Shown in pieces: positions 10,489 through 22,819 of a DNA stretch of 64,000 nt; within the stretch, counting starts at the first letter, position 1; each line of letters opens with the position of its first letter. The notes under the pieces are model-generated. The model ran no database searches. It was given only the letters and a program-made list of their open reading frames with translations, and was not told the origin of the DNA. A program made the position numbers and the translations under genes. The DNA lies in assembly GCA_950097015.1 (NCBI GenBank), contig CATNEN010000033.1, positions 5,208,001 through 5,272,000 of the forward strand, written 5' to 3'. Source of the stretch: Macrostomum hystrix. Taxonomy: Eukaryota; Animalia; Platyhelminthes.

Positions 10489-13400
10489 GCCGACCCGGGC
10501 AAGCCCAGCCGCAACAGCCGGCTGCGCACATTCTACCAGCAGCGTCAGGGCGAGCCAGACGCCGTTGGCCTCAATGTCGATCCGTGCGACATCGATGGCG
10601 CCGGATTCGATCCGGAGATCTACTTGAGCAAACTGCTGCAGGAGCAGGCCCTGACTAGCCTGATGGCCAAGGAGCAGCAGATGGTTGAGCAGATTCGCCA
10701 GCTGGACTCGGACATGCAGACTCTAGTCTACGACAATTACTCCAAGTTCATCTCGGCCACCGACACTATTAGAAAGATGAAGAGCGACTTTCATCGCATG
10801 GAGCAGGAGATGAACAACCTGGCCGAGAGCGTGTCCGCCATGAGCCAGCAGGCCGCCGACATCCGGCAAGTGGTTGGCGGCAAGCGGGCCGAGCTGAAAC
10901 GCCTGGCTGGCGTGTCTGCCCTGTTGCGAAAGCTGCAGTACCTGCTGGACCTGCCGGCCAGGCTCACCGAGCTGCGGCGCCAGGGTGCTCACCAGCAGGC
11001 TATCCGGGCCTGGCAGCAGGCCGACCGGGTGCTCAGCCGCTACGCCGACTTGCCCAGCTTCCGGCCAATCAGGTGCCTCGATCTGTGCCGATTCAGGGGC
11101 CATGGATCTCTAAACGTAGAACCTAGAGAACAAGTGTCTCATATTGAGCTGGGATAATCGGGGATTCTGCTATACCTGTACAATATTGCAGAGCTGACTG
11201 TCTGGCAATCATGGCCGAACTACGAGCCCAGCTTTGGCAACGCTTCAACGAAGGCGGCAGCGGCTGCGGTGCGGGCGACAGTGTCGCAGGAGGGGGCGGC
11301 CAGGACGCCAGGCAGCTGGCTGAGCTGGTTGACCTGCTTGGTCAGCTTGGCGAGTCGGAGGCCGACCTATCCGCCGCATTCCTGCGTCAGGCCGACCCGC
11401 GGATGCAGCGGCTGCTGGGCGAGCTGGAGGCTCAGGCTGGCAGCTCGCAGGACGATGTGCTGCAGTTTGTTGATCATGGCTGCAATCACCTGGTGTCGGA
11501 GCTCTGCATCCTCATCGCTGTTTTCGGCGACATCTTTCCCAGGTTGGCATATTAGAAGCGGCTTATTGCCTTTCAATCCACTGGTTACTCAAATCTTAGG
11601 TTTTTGGATTAGAGGAATGTGCATGGCCGCTCCCCTTCTGTTCCGCAAATCCCCAGTCCCGAATCCCGCGCCAAGCTGGAGGCCTACCACGAATCCGTCA
11701 TGCGCTCCTACCTGTCCATTGTGTCCAAGCGGTTCTGCCTGGAGGCCAAGGGCAGCCAGCCCAGCCCAGCAGGCGACTCGCTGCTTGTGCGAGCCTGCGA
11801 CAGATTTCATAGAAAGCTGCAGGCGATGCACCGGCTGGTGACCGAAGGCGAGCTGTCTGTCCGCGCCCTCACCGTTGTGTGCGATGCTGCGGCTGAGCGA
11901 GCGGCTGCCGTGCGGGCTCAGCTGGACCTCAGGCTGGCTGCTGCCCTGAGCGGCTTGAGATCTCAGCTGGCTATAACCGGAGGCGGCCTGGGCGCCAGGG
12001 GCGGACTCAGCCTGCCCCAGCTGATGGCCGGACTGCTCAGGGAACTGGTGGACGCTGTCAAGGCTTCTCTGGCCGCACTGCAGGTGAGGAGCGGAGGCAG
12101 TGAGATTGGCATGATTTAGTGCTCATTCTTCATCAGCTCAACCTTCCCAAACCGCTCAGGCCTTCCTGGCCACCGATGTGAGCTTCTCCTTGAAGCCGGC
12201 TTTTCGCGAGCGCTTCTGCATCCGCGCCGTCAGGCAGAACCTTCTGGCCGGCTTCCTCACCCACCAGGCCGAGCAGTGCTCCCGCCTCGCCCAACTGTCG
12301 CCGTCGCCGCCGCCGCCGCTCCTGCTGCTGCTGCTGTCTCGCTATTGCTTGGACTTTCGCAATTCCTCCCTCCACTACCTGTGCACTCTGGCCGATGAGC
12401 AGTTTCTGGTGCCGGAGTCCACTCAGGCCGAGTCCCTGGTGACGCCCGTCAGCGAGCTGTCCGCCACCTACAGCGACTCGGCCTCGGCCCTCCTGCAGGC
12501 CTTCGTGTGCTCCAGCGGCGGCACTCTGGCCGGCATGCTCAGGAAATCTGTGGACGCTCGCGACTGGCTGCAGGTGGGAGCCGGCTATATCTCCCACCTC
12601 CTACAAATCCCATTCTCAGCTCCTCCACCCCATTCTCCCAAATCCCATTCTCAGCTCCTCCACCCCATTCTCCCAAATCCCATTCTCAGCTCCTCCACCC
12701 CATTCTCCCAAATCCATTCCTAGCTCCTCCATTCCATTCTCCCAAATCCATTCTCAGCTCCTCCATTCCATTCTCCCAAATCCATTCTCAGCTCCTCCAT
12801 TCCATTCTCCCAAATCCATTCCTAGCTCCTCCATTCCATTCTCTCAAATCCATTCCCAGCTCCTCCACCCCATTCTCCCAAATCCATTCCTAGCTCCTCC
12901 ATTCCATTCTCCCAAATCCATTCTCAGCTCCTCCATTCCATTCTCCCAAATCCATTCTCAGCTCCTCCATTCCATTCTCCCAAATCCATTCCTAGCTCCT
13001 CCATTCCATTCTCTCAAATCCATTCCCAGCTCCTCCACCCCATTCTCCCAAATCCATTCCTAGCTCCTCCATTCCATTCTCCCAAATTCATTCCCAGCTC
13101 CTCCATTCCATTCTCTCAAATCCATTCCTAGCTCCTCCATTCCATTCTCTCAAATCCATTCCCAGCTCCCAAATCAATCCCTTCTTCAAAATACATTCTA
13201 TCAAGTCCTCCAACCCTCTTAAAATCCTTGAAAGGGAATCGAGCCGCGGTCGGTGCGCGCAGTTGTAAAGCGAGTCGTCGAAGACTTGGCCGGCATCAAC
13301 GCCTCAGTCTCCAGCCTGTACGACGAGGCTCCCAGCGGCGGAGGTGGCGGCCGCGGCGGTGGGGACAAGTCCTCGGACAGCAGCGCCAACCGGCTGCCGA

Positions 13401-13789
13401 TCGGCAGGCGACCCCCGGCACCCGCCCTCAGTGGCTGGTCGGCCACACCGTCAACCCTTGGCAACAGCCTGCTGCACCGGCTGTTCAGCGACAAGGTCGA
13501 CCTGCTGGGCCCGGCGGAGTTCGGTCGGGCCTCGGTGGTGTCCGGCATTGTCCGGCTGGCTCTGAAGACCCTGCTGGAGTGCGTCCGATTGAAGACTTTC
13601 GGTCGCTACGGACTGCAACAGGTGCAGGTGGACTGCCACTACCTGCAGACTTTTCTGTGGCGCTACGTTGCAGACGACAGCGTGGTTCGCTTCCTGCTGG
13701 AGGAGATTCTCGCCAGCGCCGCCAACCGCTGCGTTGATCCCGTCTTCATGGAACAGTCCGTTGTGGAACTCATTGTCGAGCGGGACTAA
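10489..13789 (+). CDS. VPS51: GARP/EARP subunit VPS51 (exons 10489-11072, 11192-11542, 11657-12083, 12160-12573, 13235-13789); no genomic ATG at the 5' end
   Basis: FDPEIYLSKLL...QIRQLDSDMQTLVYDNYSKFISATDTIRKMK and C-terminal LKTLLECVRLKTFGRYGLQQVQVDCHYL are hallmark VPS51 segments; the spliced product is 776 codons. Confidence 0.93.
12590..13170. repeat. 34-bp intronic minisatellite (aaatccattcctagctcctccattccattctccc)
   Basis: Direct periodicity in VPS51 intron 4. Confidence 0.9.
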
Positions 13790-13829
13790 GTCTGATCTTT
13801 GATCCATTGATCACTAAACCCTTTTTCTT

Positions 13830-14190
13830 TGATTCCCAGATCCTTTGATCCCTAGATTCTTTCATCCCTAGATCCTTTGATCCCTAGATTCTTTCATCCC
13901 TAGATCCTTTGATTTCTAGATCCTTTGATCCCTAGATCCTTGGATCCCTAGATCCTTTGATCCCTAGATCCTTTGATCCCTAGATCCTTGGATCCCTAGA
14001 TTATTTGATCCCTAGATCCTTTGATTCTTAGATCCTTGGATCCCTAGATTCTTTGATCCCCAGATCCTTTGATTCCTAGATCCTTGGATTCCTAGATCCT
14101 TTGATTCCTAGATCCTTTGATTCCTAGATCCTTTGATTCCTAGATCCTTTGATTCCTAGATCCTTGGATCCCTAGATCCTTTGATCCCAA
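13830..14190. repeat. 16-bp minisatellite (gatcctttgatcccta) just after the VPS51 stop
   Basis: Direct periodicity. Confidence 0.9.
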
Positions 14191-14716
14191 ATTATCGGTC
14201 ATTGTTTCATTATAGATCCGTATCTCAATACCCCTAAGTTTAATACAATCCTTGTAGCCAATCCAGACTACTGTTTAGCTATACTTGTAGTTTTGTCTAT
14301 TGCTAACTGCCTTCCGTTTCTTGCTTATCCTCCCGCGTTTTGCTTTGGTTGATGGTGATAGTAAAGCTCGTATTCCTGTTTTAGATTTGATGTTTTGATT
14401 TTTGTCATTAGATCATTATAGGAATCTCCCTTTATTGATTAGATTTTCATTCTACTAACAGTAGTATTTGATTCCTATCCAGAATTACTCCAGTCAGTTT
14501 TATTTTGCGCTAATGTTAATTAATATAGCCTCATTGCCGCTAATGTCATGACATAAAGCTAACTAAATACATGTTTATTAACTTTTGAGTAGCTGTTGTA
14601 TTTATCATTGATTGCCATCAATTGATTTGTATTTGCTTTTCTCCAATACGAGTCCATTTTATTTAAGACGAAGAATATTTTAAATTTCGAATTGCAGAAA
14701 GAAGCAGAATAAAACA

Positions 14717-17700
14717 ATGGAAGCCCTGCAAAAGCCGCGCCGCCGCGTCCTGCTCAACCTCAGCTGCCCGCCCGCCCTGCTGGCTCGCCTGCCTCGCTTT
14801 GCCAAAGCCGCTGCCGCCATCGTCGAGACGCCGTCCGCCAAGTCGGCCTCTCATCGCTCGCGCCGCCGCGCCCTGTCCAAGAACAAGCCGGAAACCATGG
14901 AAACCGATGACGCCGCAACTGGGGATGGGGGAAAGCCTGGCGCGGGCGGTGAGTTCGCCTCCGCCTGGCCCTGGTACGAGCAGCAGGCGACTCGGGTCCT
15001 GGCCGAGTCCAACGCCGACATCTGCGCCAAGCTGAGCGGCTTTCTGGCCGACAATCAGAGGGACTGGCTGGCCAGATGGCACCAGCTGGCGGCCGCCACT
15101 CAGCCTGTTCAAGCCGCTGCTCACCTGGCTGGCCGGCTGCCGTTCGCTGCCCTGCACTCCGGCGTCAACACGCCGGATCGGGACGCCATGCTGGCTGGTC
15201 TCACCAACAGGCTGGCGGCTGACGGCGGCTTCAGGCTGGCTCAGGTGTCACGACTGTTCTCAAATTGGATCGATTGTTGAAGCTGGGGATTGTCTAGATT
15301 TGAGACTGTTCTCAAATTGGACCGATTGTTGAAGCTGGGAATTGTCTAGATTTGAGACTGTTCTCAAATTGGATCGATTGTTGAAGCTGGGAATTGTCTA
15401 GATTGAGACTGTTCTCAAATTGGATCGATTGTTGAAGCTGGGGATTGTCTAGATTTTAGACTGTTCTCAAATTGGACCGATTGTTGAAGCTGGGGATTGT
15501 CTAGATTTGAGACTGTTCTCAAATTGGATCGATTGTTGAAGCTGGGGATTGTCTAGATTTGAGACTGTTCTCAAATTGGATCGATTTTTAAGAAGGGCAT
15601 TCTGCAGATTTAAGAATGTTCTTAAATAGATCAATTGTTATATAAAAGCAGTGGATTCTGTAGATTTGGGATCGTTCTCAAATGTGATCTATTGTTAAAG
15701 CTTAATAATTAAATATATATTTAGTCTTTATAAAAGTCAATGCTGTGTTGCCTTTGCAGGTGGACTCGGGCGACCTTTTGTCGGCCACCCAGCTGTTCTC
15801 AAAGGCGTTGGCTCAGTGGCTGCCTGAGATGTCAGCGGCTGCGCAGGCTCGCAAGCTTTCTGGGAGTGTGAAGCACTCCTTCCTCCTGGCTGCTGAGGTC
15901 TACCGCAGCGCGTTCGAACTGCCGGACAAGCAGCAGCAGCCTGCAGCTCCGCAGCTGGTGCTGCTGATTCGTGACTTCGACGAGGCCTCCAGCAGCAAGG
16001 CCCTAAACAAGTTCATTCTGGTGGGTCAGCGGCCAGTAACGGAGGGCGGATGGCCTGAATGTAGAGGCTGAGTTGTCATTGTAGAGGCTGAGTTGTCATT
16101 GTAGAGGCTGAGTTGTCATTGTAGAGGCTGAGTTGTCATTGTAGAGGCTGAGTTGTCATTGTAGAGGCTGAGTTGTCATTGTAGAGGCTGAGTTGTCATT
16201 GTAGAGGCTGAGTTGTCATTGTAGAGGCTGAGTTGTCATTGTAGAGACTTTGTTGTGATTGTAGAGGCTTTGTTGTGATTGTAGAGACTTTGTTGTGATT
16301 GTAGAGACTTTGTTGTGATTGTAGAGACTTTGTTGTGATTGTAGAGGCTGAGTTGTCATTGTAAAGGCTTTGTTGTGATTGTAGAGACTTTGTTAGTATT
16401 GTAGAGGCTGAGTTGTCATTGTAGAGGCTGAGTTGTCATTGTAGAGGCTGAGTTGTCATTGTAGAGGCTGAGTTGTGATGCCTGAATGTGCAGGCTGAGT
16501 TGGGATAACTTGAGACGCTACTCCACTTAACTGAAAGACTTACGTGGAATCCCTAACTACTGTAATCCTCCAGGTGAGCAGTCACTACTCAGCCGAGCTG
16601 CCCGTGGCCATTGTGTGCAGCCTGTCCAAGACTCCGGCCAGCCTGCAGTCGCTGCTGTCAAGCCGGGCCCTTGCCCGCCTGTCTGTCCGGTTCTTCCAGT
16701 CAGCCGCAGCCGGCGTCCTGTTCGATCGGCTGCTGGATCGGGTGCTCATCAACTGCCCGGAGCGGCAACTCAGACTTAGTAGGGCCACCTTCGACTGCCT
16801 GGTGGAGGCGTTCGAGGACACCGAGTTCTCCATCTCCGCCTTCATGCTGCGCCTGAAGCTGGCTTTGCTCTGGCACATCCAGCGTTGCTCCCGGCACCAG
16901 GCGGTTGATCCGGCTCACATTCGCCATCAGCGGGCGGCTCCGCTGGCCATCCGCCTGCTGGACTCGCTGCTTGACTGGCGCTCCAAGCGGCTGATCTACT
17001 CCCTGCTGCTTAGCAACGGCGGTCACCTGGTTGACGACCCGGATTTCAAGGAGCGCCTCGCACGCTTTCTGGAGCTCAACACCGAGACTGTGCTGGATCG
17101 GGTGAATGCCACCAGGCTCATGCTTCAGCGAGCCAAGCAGCTGGACGATGACGCTGTCAATCGGTCCCTCATCTCCGGCTGGTTTAGGCGACTTGGATCC
17201 TCTGGCCAGCGATTTGGCCAAGCGGCTAGAGGAGACTGCTGCGGCTGCAAATTCGTCTTTGTCAATGGAGCTGCCAATGGAGCTGACCTCAGGCAGTGGC
17301 GGCGGCGAGGACGGCTACTCGCCTCAGAAGGTCAGAGAATACCGATATAATAAATAAACTGTTTTCTGACCCAATCAGGTGGTCAATCAATCAGTAGGTT
17401 GCGTGCAACCAGCGGGGCCAATCAGTGGATCAACCAATCACTAGGTCAACCAATCAGTTGGGTTAATTAGTATTGAGTTCAAACGCGCTGAACCTCATAC
17501 TGTGCTCACCTGCCACCTTTCCTTTGCAGCTCACCCGCCAGATGCAGCGCCAGAACTTTGCCGCCGAGGTGAACAGGCGCGCCGAGCAGCGCCGAATTGG
17601 CGCCAATTTGCGCGCCCGCCTGGCCGCCTGCCTCATCAACCGTCTGCGCGCTGATCTGCCCGCGCCCGCCTCGCTGCCCGACAGCGGCTCCGTGTACGCC

Positions 17701-18084
17701 GACTGCCGCCCCATGCTGATCGCCGCATTCGCCGCCGATCCGGCAGGCCGTCTCGAGCGTCAGCTGCTGCAGGCGGCGGAACCGGATTCCTCAGCCGGCG
17801 TTTCCGTCGGCCTGACGGACCTCGGCGTGGCATTCCGGCTGCACAAGGAGTGCCGCAAGCTGATTCGCATTGTGGATCTCATGCGAGCTTTCGCCACCTG
17901 TCGGCGAGACGGTGACGACAAAGACCACAACGATGCCGCGGACGAAAATCCAGCGTGTTCGTCGGCGCCGTCTCCGATGATGCAGGTCAGATTCCTGCGG
18001 GCCTGCGCCCAGCTACAGCTCATGGGCTACGTGCGCCTCACCAGGCGGAAGCCCGACTTCATGACCCGCCTGACTACCGCCTGA
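14717..18084 (+). CDS. ORC3: Origin recognition complex subunit 3 (exons 14717-15244, 15760-16020, 16574-17330, 17530-18084), with one apparent extra base near 17183
   Basis: LPFAALHSGVN..D, LVLLIRDFD...KALNKFIL|VSSH...ELP, and the winged-helix end RFLRACAQLQLMGYVRLTRRKPDFMTRLT; the exon sum is 2101 nt (3n+1). The start codon is uncertain. Confidence 0.85.
15252..15590. repeat. 52-bp intronic minisatellite
   Basis: gactgttctcaaattggatcgattgttgaagctggggattgtctagatttga, about 6.5 copies in ORC3 intron 1. Confidence 0.9.
16061..16495. repeat. 20-bp intronic minisatellite (gtagaggctgagttgtcatt and a variant)
   Basis: Direct periodicity in ORC3 intron 2. Confidence 0.9.
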
Positions 18085-18109
18085 AGGACTTGCCTATGCG
18101 GATCTGTGC

Positions 18110-19250
18110 AGTTCAGCTTGGGTCATTGTGGATTATTTATTACAGGATGAGCTTGGTTCATTGTGGATTATTTAATCCGGGATCAGCTTGAGTCATTGTG
18201 GATTATTTAATCCAGGATCAGCTTGGGTCATTGTGGATTATTTAATCCAGGATCAGCTTGGGTCATTGTGGATTATTTAATCCAGGATCAGCTTGGGTCA
18301 TTGTGGATTATTTAATCCAGGATCAGCTTGGGTCATTGTGGATTATTTAATCCAGGATCAGCTTGGGTCATTGTGGATTATTTAATCCAGGATCAGCTTG
18401 AGTCATTGTGGATTATTTAATCCAGGATCAGCTTGGGTCATTGTGGATTATTTAATCCAGGATCAGCTTGAGTCATTGTGGATTATTTAATCCAGGATCA
18501 GCTTGGGTCATTGTGGATTATTTAATCCAGGATCAGCTTGGGTCATTGTGGATTATTTAATCCAGGATCAGCTTGGGTCATTGTGGATTATTTAATCCAG
18601 GATCAGCTTGAGTCATTGTGGATTATTTAATCCAGGATCAGCTTGGGTCATTGTGGATTATTTAATCCAGGATCAGCTTGGGTCATTGTGGATTATTTAA
18701 TCCAGGATCAGCTTGGGTCATTGTGGATTATTTAATCCAGGATCAGCTTGGGTCATTGTGGATTATTTAATCCAGGATCAGCTTGAGTCATTGTGGATTA
18801 TTTAATCCAGGATCAGCTTGGGTCATTGTGGATTATTTAATCCAGGATCAGCTTGGGTCATTGTGGATTATTTAATCCAGGATCAGCTTGGGTCATTGTG
18901 GATTATTTAATCCAGGATCAGCTTGGGTCATTGTGGATTATTTAATCCAGGATCAGCTTGGGTCATTGTGGATTATTTAATCCAGGATCAGCTTGGGTCA
19001 TTGTGGATTATTTAATCCAGGATCAGCTTGGGTCATTGTGGATTATTTAATCCAGGATCAGCTTGGGTCATTGTGGATTATTTAATCCAGGATCAGCTTG
19101 GGTCATTGTGGATTATTTAATCCAGGATCAGCTTGGGTCATTGTGGATTATTTAATCCAGGATCAGCTTGGGTCATTGTGGATTATTTAATCCAGGATCA
19201 GCTTGGGTCATTGTGGATTATTTAATCCAGGATCAGCTTGGGTCATTGTG
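18110..19250. repeat. 35-bp minisatellite 3' of ORC3 (ggatcagcttgggtcattgtggattatttaatcca), about 32 copies
   Basis: Near-perfect periodicity. Confidence 0.95.
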
Positions 19251-19862
19251 AATTTCTTAAGTGCTATCTGTTTTCACTAAATGCATTTTTAACTTTGCAA
19301 ACTTTAATGAAATGTATATTTGTTCATCTTGTCTGACTTGCATTTTTAACGCAATTATATCTGTATTTATATGATTTTGCTTAATTCGGCCTCTTACATT
19401 GTTTATATAATTTAAAATTTAAGCATTTGATCTCGCTTTTCTGCGAATTAATTCTGTAATTTTATTCTTTCATGTCGTCACCTCTCAAAGTGTGGAATCT
19501 TTCGAAAATATTGCCACACTGCTACTAATCGCGCATGCTTAAACTACTACTGTCATCCTCTCTCAGTAACATGTGCTGCGCATTTTTCTCGATAACTCCT
19601 TCTGTGGTACCGCTTTGCGCTGCTAAATTTTAAGTACAGAACATTGTGTTTCATGCCCATTTTTTGAAAAGCATTTTACGAATACTTAACATGGTAATCC
19701 TTGTACTTTTATTTACTTTGCACTGTGCCATGAAGACTAAAAAAGCGACAAATTTTTATTGGCCAGCGAGCCTCCGTTGCTTAAAAGCGCTTCCATTTAT
19801 CTTCGGTGCTTTCACCTAGCCATTCGAAATTTTGCGCAGTCGATGTTTTGGTCACCTGAATA

Positions 19863-20596
19863 GGGTGTATCAATAGGATCTGCAATCCTAGGCACAGGTG
19901 TATCAATAGGATCTGCAATCCTAGGCACAGGTGTATCAATAGGATCTGCAATCCTAGGCACGGGTGTATCAATAGGATCTGTAATCCTAGGCACAGGTGT
20001 ATCAATAGGATCTGCAATCCTAGGCACGGGTGTATCAATAGGATCTGCAATCCTAGGCACGGGTGTATCAATAGGATCTGCAATCCTAGGCACAGGTGTA
20101 TCAATAGGATCTGCAATCCTAGGCACAGGTGTATCAATAGGATCTGCAATCCTAGGCACAGGTGTATCAATAGGATCTGCAATCCTAGGCACAGGTGTAT
20201 CAATAGGATCTGCAATCCTAGGCACGGGTGTATCAATAGGATCTGCAATCCTAGGCACAGGTGTATCAATAGGATCTGCAATCCTAGGCACGGGTGTATC
20301 AATAGGATCTGTAATCCTAGGCACAGGTGTATCAATAGGATCTGCAATCCTAGGCACAGGTGTATCAATAGGATCTGCAATCCTAGGCACAGGTGTATCA
20401 ATAGGATCTGCAATCCTAGGCGCAGGTGTATCAATAGGATCTGCAATCCTAGGCACAGGTGTATCAATAGGATCTGCAATCCTAGGCGCAGGTGTATCAA
20501 TAGGATCTGCAATCCTAGGCACAGGTGTATCAATAGGATCTGCAATCCTAGGCACAGGTGTATCAATAGGATCTGCAATCCTAGGCACAGGTGTGA
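19863..20596. repeat. 33-bp minisatellite upstream of RPL35A
   Basis: gtgtatcaataggatctgcaatcctaggcacag, about 22 copies. Confidence 0.95.
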
Positions 20597-20672
20597 ATGA
20601 GCTTATATCTAAATTAAAGGCCCTCTAAAAACGCCGTCTTGCAGCAATAGCAACCCCAGCAGCAGCAGCGCA

Positions 20673-21056
20673 ATGTCTGCCGAACAGTCCGCCGCCAAGA
20701 AGTCGTTGAAGCTGCGGTCCCCTGGCCGCCTGTACGTGAAGGCCGTGTTCACCGGCTACAAGCGCGGCCTGCGCAACCAGCACGAAAACACCGCCCTGCT
20801 GCGCATCGATGGAGTCGAAAAGCGCGAGAATGTGGACTTTTACCTGGGCAAACGGTGCGCCTACGTCTACAAGGGCAAGCGGCAGACGCCTGTGCCCGGC
20901 AAGGGCAAGGAGAAGTCGCGAGTTCGCGTCATCTGGGGCCGGGTGACCCGGCCGCATGGCAACTCGGGCGCTGTGCGGGCCAAGTTCAACACGAACCTGC
21001 CGCCCGCCGCAATGGGCAAGCGAATCCGGGTCATGCTCTACCCGTCCCGTGTCTGA
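20673..21056 (+). CDS. RPL35A: 60S ribosomal protein L35a (eL33); CDS is a single exon
   Basis: [30 protein letters not shown]...[12 protein letters not shown]...[38 protein letters not shown]. Confidence 0.97.
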   Translation: MSAEQSAAKKSLKLRSPGRLYVKAVFTGYKRGLRNQHENTALLRIDGVEKRENVDFYLGKRCAYVYKGKRQTPVPGKGKEKSRVRVIWGRVTRPHGNSGAVRAKFNTNLPPAAMGKRIRVMLYPSRV

Positions 21057-21250
21057 GCAGCCTATGACTTTGCATTGTTTGCTATCTGTCCTTGCTTTGG
21101 GCCCGCCTCGTGTGTTCTGACTGACTGGGTCTAAATATACTCTGTTTGCGTGTGCTGCAGCAAGGCAGTGGCATCACGCCTCTGTTGGCCTGTGCTGATC
21201 TGGAACTTGGATTAAAACTGCTTTTGTGCTCATTGTGGCATTCTTTTTCT

Positions 21251-22376
21251 TTGGGTAGCTGCTTTCCTCTGATTCTCCCTTGGGTAGCTGCTTTCCTCTG
21301 ATTCTCCACTTGGGTAGCTGCTTTCCTCTGATTCTCCACTTGGGTAGCTGCTTTCCTCTGATTCTCCACTTGGGTAGCTGCTTTCCTCTGATTCTCCACT
21401 TGGGTAGCTGCTTTCCTCTGATTCTCCACTTGGGTAGCTGCTTTCCTCTGATTCTCCACTTGGGTAGCTGCTTTCCTCTGATTCTCCACTTGGGTAGCTG
21501 CTTTCCTCTGATTCTCCACTTGGGTAGCTGCTTTCCCTCTGATTCTCCACTTGGGTAGCTGCTTTCCTCTGATTCTCCACTTGGGTAGCTGCTTTCCTCT
21601 GATTCTCCACTTGGGTAGCTGCTTTCCTCTGATTCTCCCTTGGGTAGCTGCTTTCCTCTGATTCTCCACTTGGGTAGCTGCTTTCCTCTGATTCTCCCTT
21701 GGGTAGCTGCTTTCCTCTGATTCTCCCTTGGGTAGCTGCTTTCCTCTGATTCTCCACTTGGGTAGCTGCTTTCCTCTGATTCTCCACTTGGGTAGCTGCT
21801 TTCCTCTGATTCTCCCTTGGGTAGCTGCTTTCCTCTGATTCTCCACTTGGGTAGCTGCTTTCCTCTGATTCTCCCTTGGGTAGCTGCTTTCCTCTGATTC
21901 TCCCTTGGGTAGCTGCTTTCCTCTGATTCTCCCTTGGGTAGCTGCTTTCCTCTGATTCTCCCTTGGGTAGCTGCTTTCCTCTGATTCTCCACTTGGGTAG
22001 CTGCTTTCCTCTGATTCTCCACTTGGGTAGCTGCTTTCCTCTGATTCTCCCTTGGGTAGCTGCTTTCCTCTGATTCTCCACTTGGGTAGCTGCTTTCCTC
22101 TGATTCTCCACTTGGGTAGCTGCTTTCCTCTGATTCTCCACTTGGGTAGCTGCTTTCCTCTGATTCTCCACTTGGGTAGCTGCTTTCCTCTGATTCTCCA
22201 CTTGGGTAGCTGCTTTCCTCTGATTCTCCACTTGGGTAGCTGCTTTCCTCTGATTCTCCACTTGGGTAGCTGCTTTCCTCTGATTCTCCACTTGGGTAGC
22301 TGCTTTCCTCTGATTCTCCCTTGGGTAGCTGCTTTTCCTCTGATTCTCCCTTGGGTAGCTGCTTTCCTCTGATTCT
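21251..22376. repeat. 29/30-bp minisatellite 3' of RPL35A (ttgggtagctgctttcctctgattctcc(a)c)
   Basis: Direct periodicity with two length variants. Confidence 0.95.
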
Positions 22377-22819
22377 ATTTCTCTCTGATTCTTTCTGTTC
22401 AGTCACGGCTCTTCCTATGCAACTTTAAAATGGTGACTAAGCCATTTTTAGAAACTTGTCGATTATCTTTTTACATCTTATGGGCTTTGTAAACTCTGTC
22501 ACGCGGCTTTCACAGCCACTTAGAATTTCCTTTTTAAACTACGATTTATTTCTCGCTTGTTGGGGCAAGCTTGACAATTTCCAAGTGCGTCAAATGTATC
22601 AGCATATTTATTTTCGTTGCATCCTTCATCCGTAGCAGATTATTTTCTCGCGTCAAAGTCATGAGCTAAACATCTGCGAAATAATCGGCTTTGACACATT
22701 TAGCACGAGTATGGCTAATACATGTTACATGTAGACACAAACGCATACACACTTGTAGATAATGTTGGTTACGATATACAATCGGCTGTAAATAAACACA
22801 CACATTTACATGAGGTTTG

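Noticed and set aside
17182-17209. 28-nt micro-intron in ORC3 (and a 22-nt one in FoxJ2/3)
   Set aside because: Other introns here are 60 nt or longer and the splice signals are weak; single-base indels explain both and match the pattern in the LTR element. Not fully excluded.
20673-21056. RPL35A as a processed pseudogene because it is intronless
   Set aside because: The ORF is intact with conserved residues, there is no poly(A) tail or TSD, and an upstream acceptor (ttgcag at 20644) is present.
19781-22406. Repeat ORFs (PRIADPIDT, ENQRKAATQ, SEESSYP, GSCFPLILHL)
   Set aside because: Translations of 33-bp and 29/30-bp minisatellites in several frames, with no unique domains.
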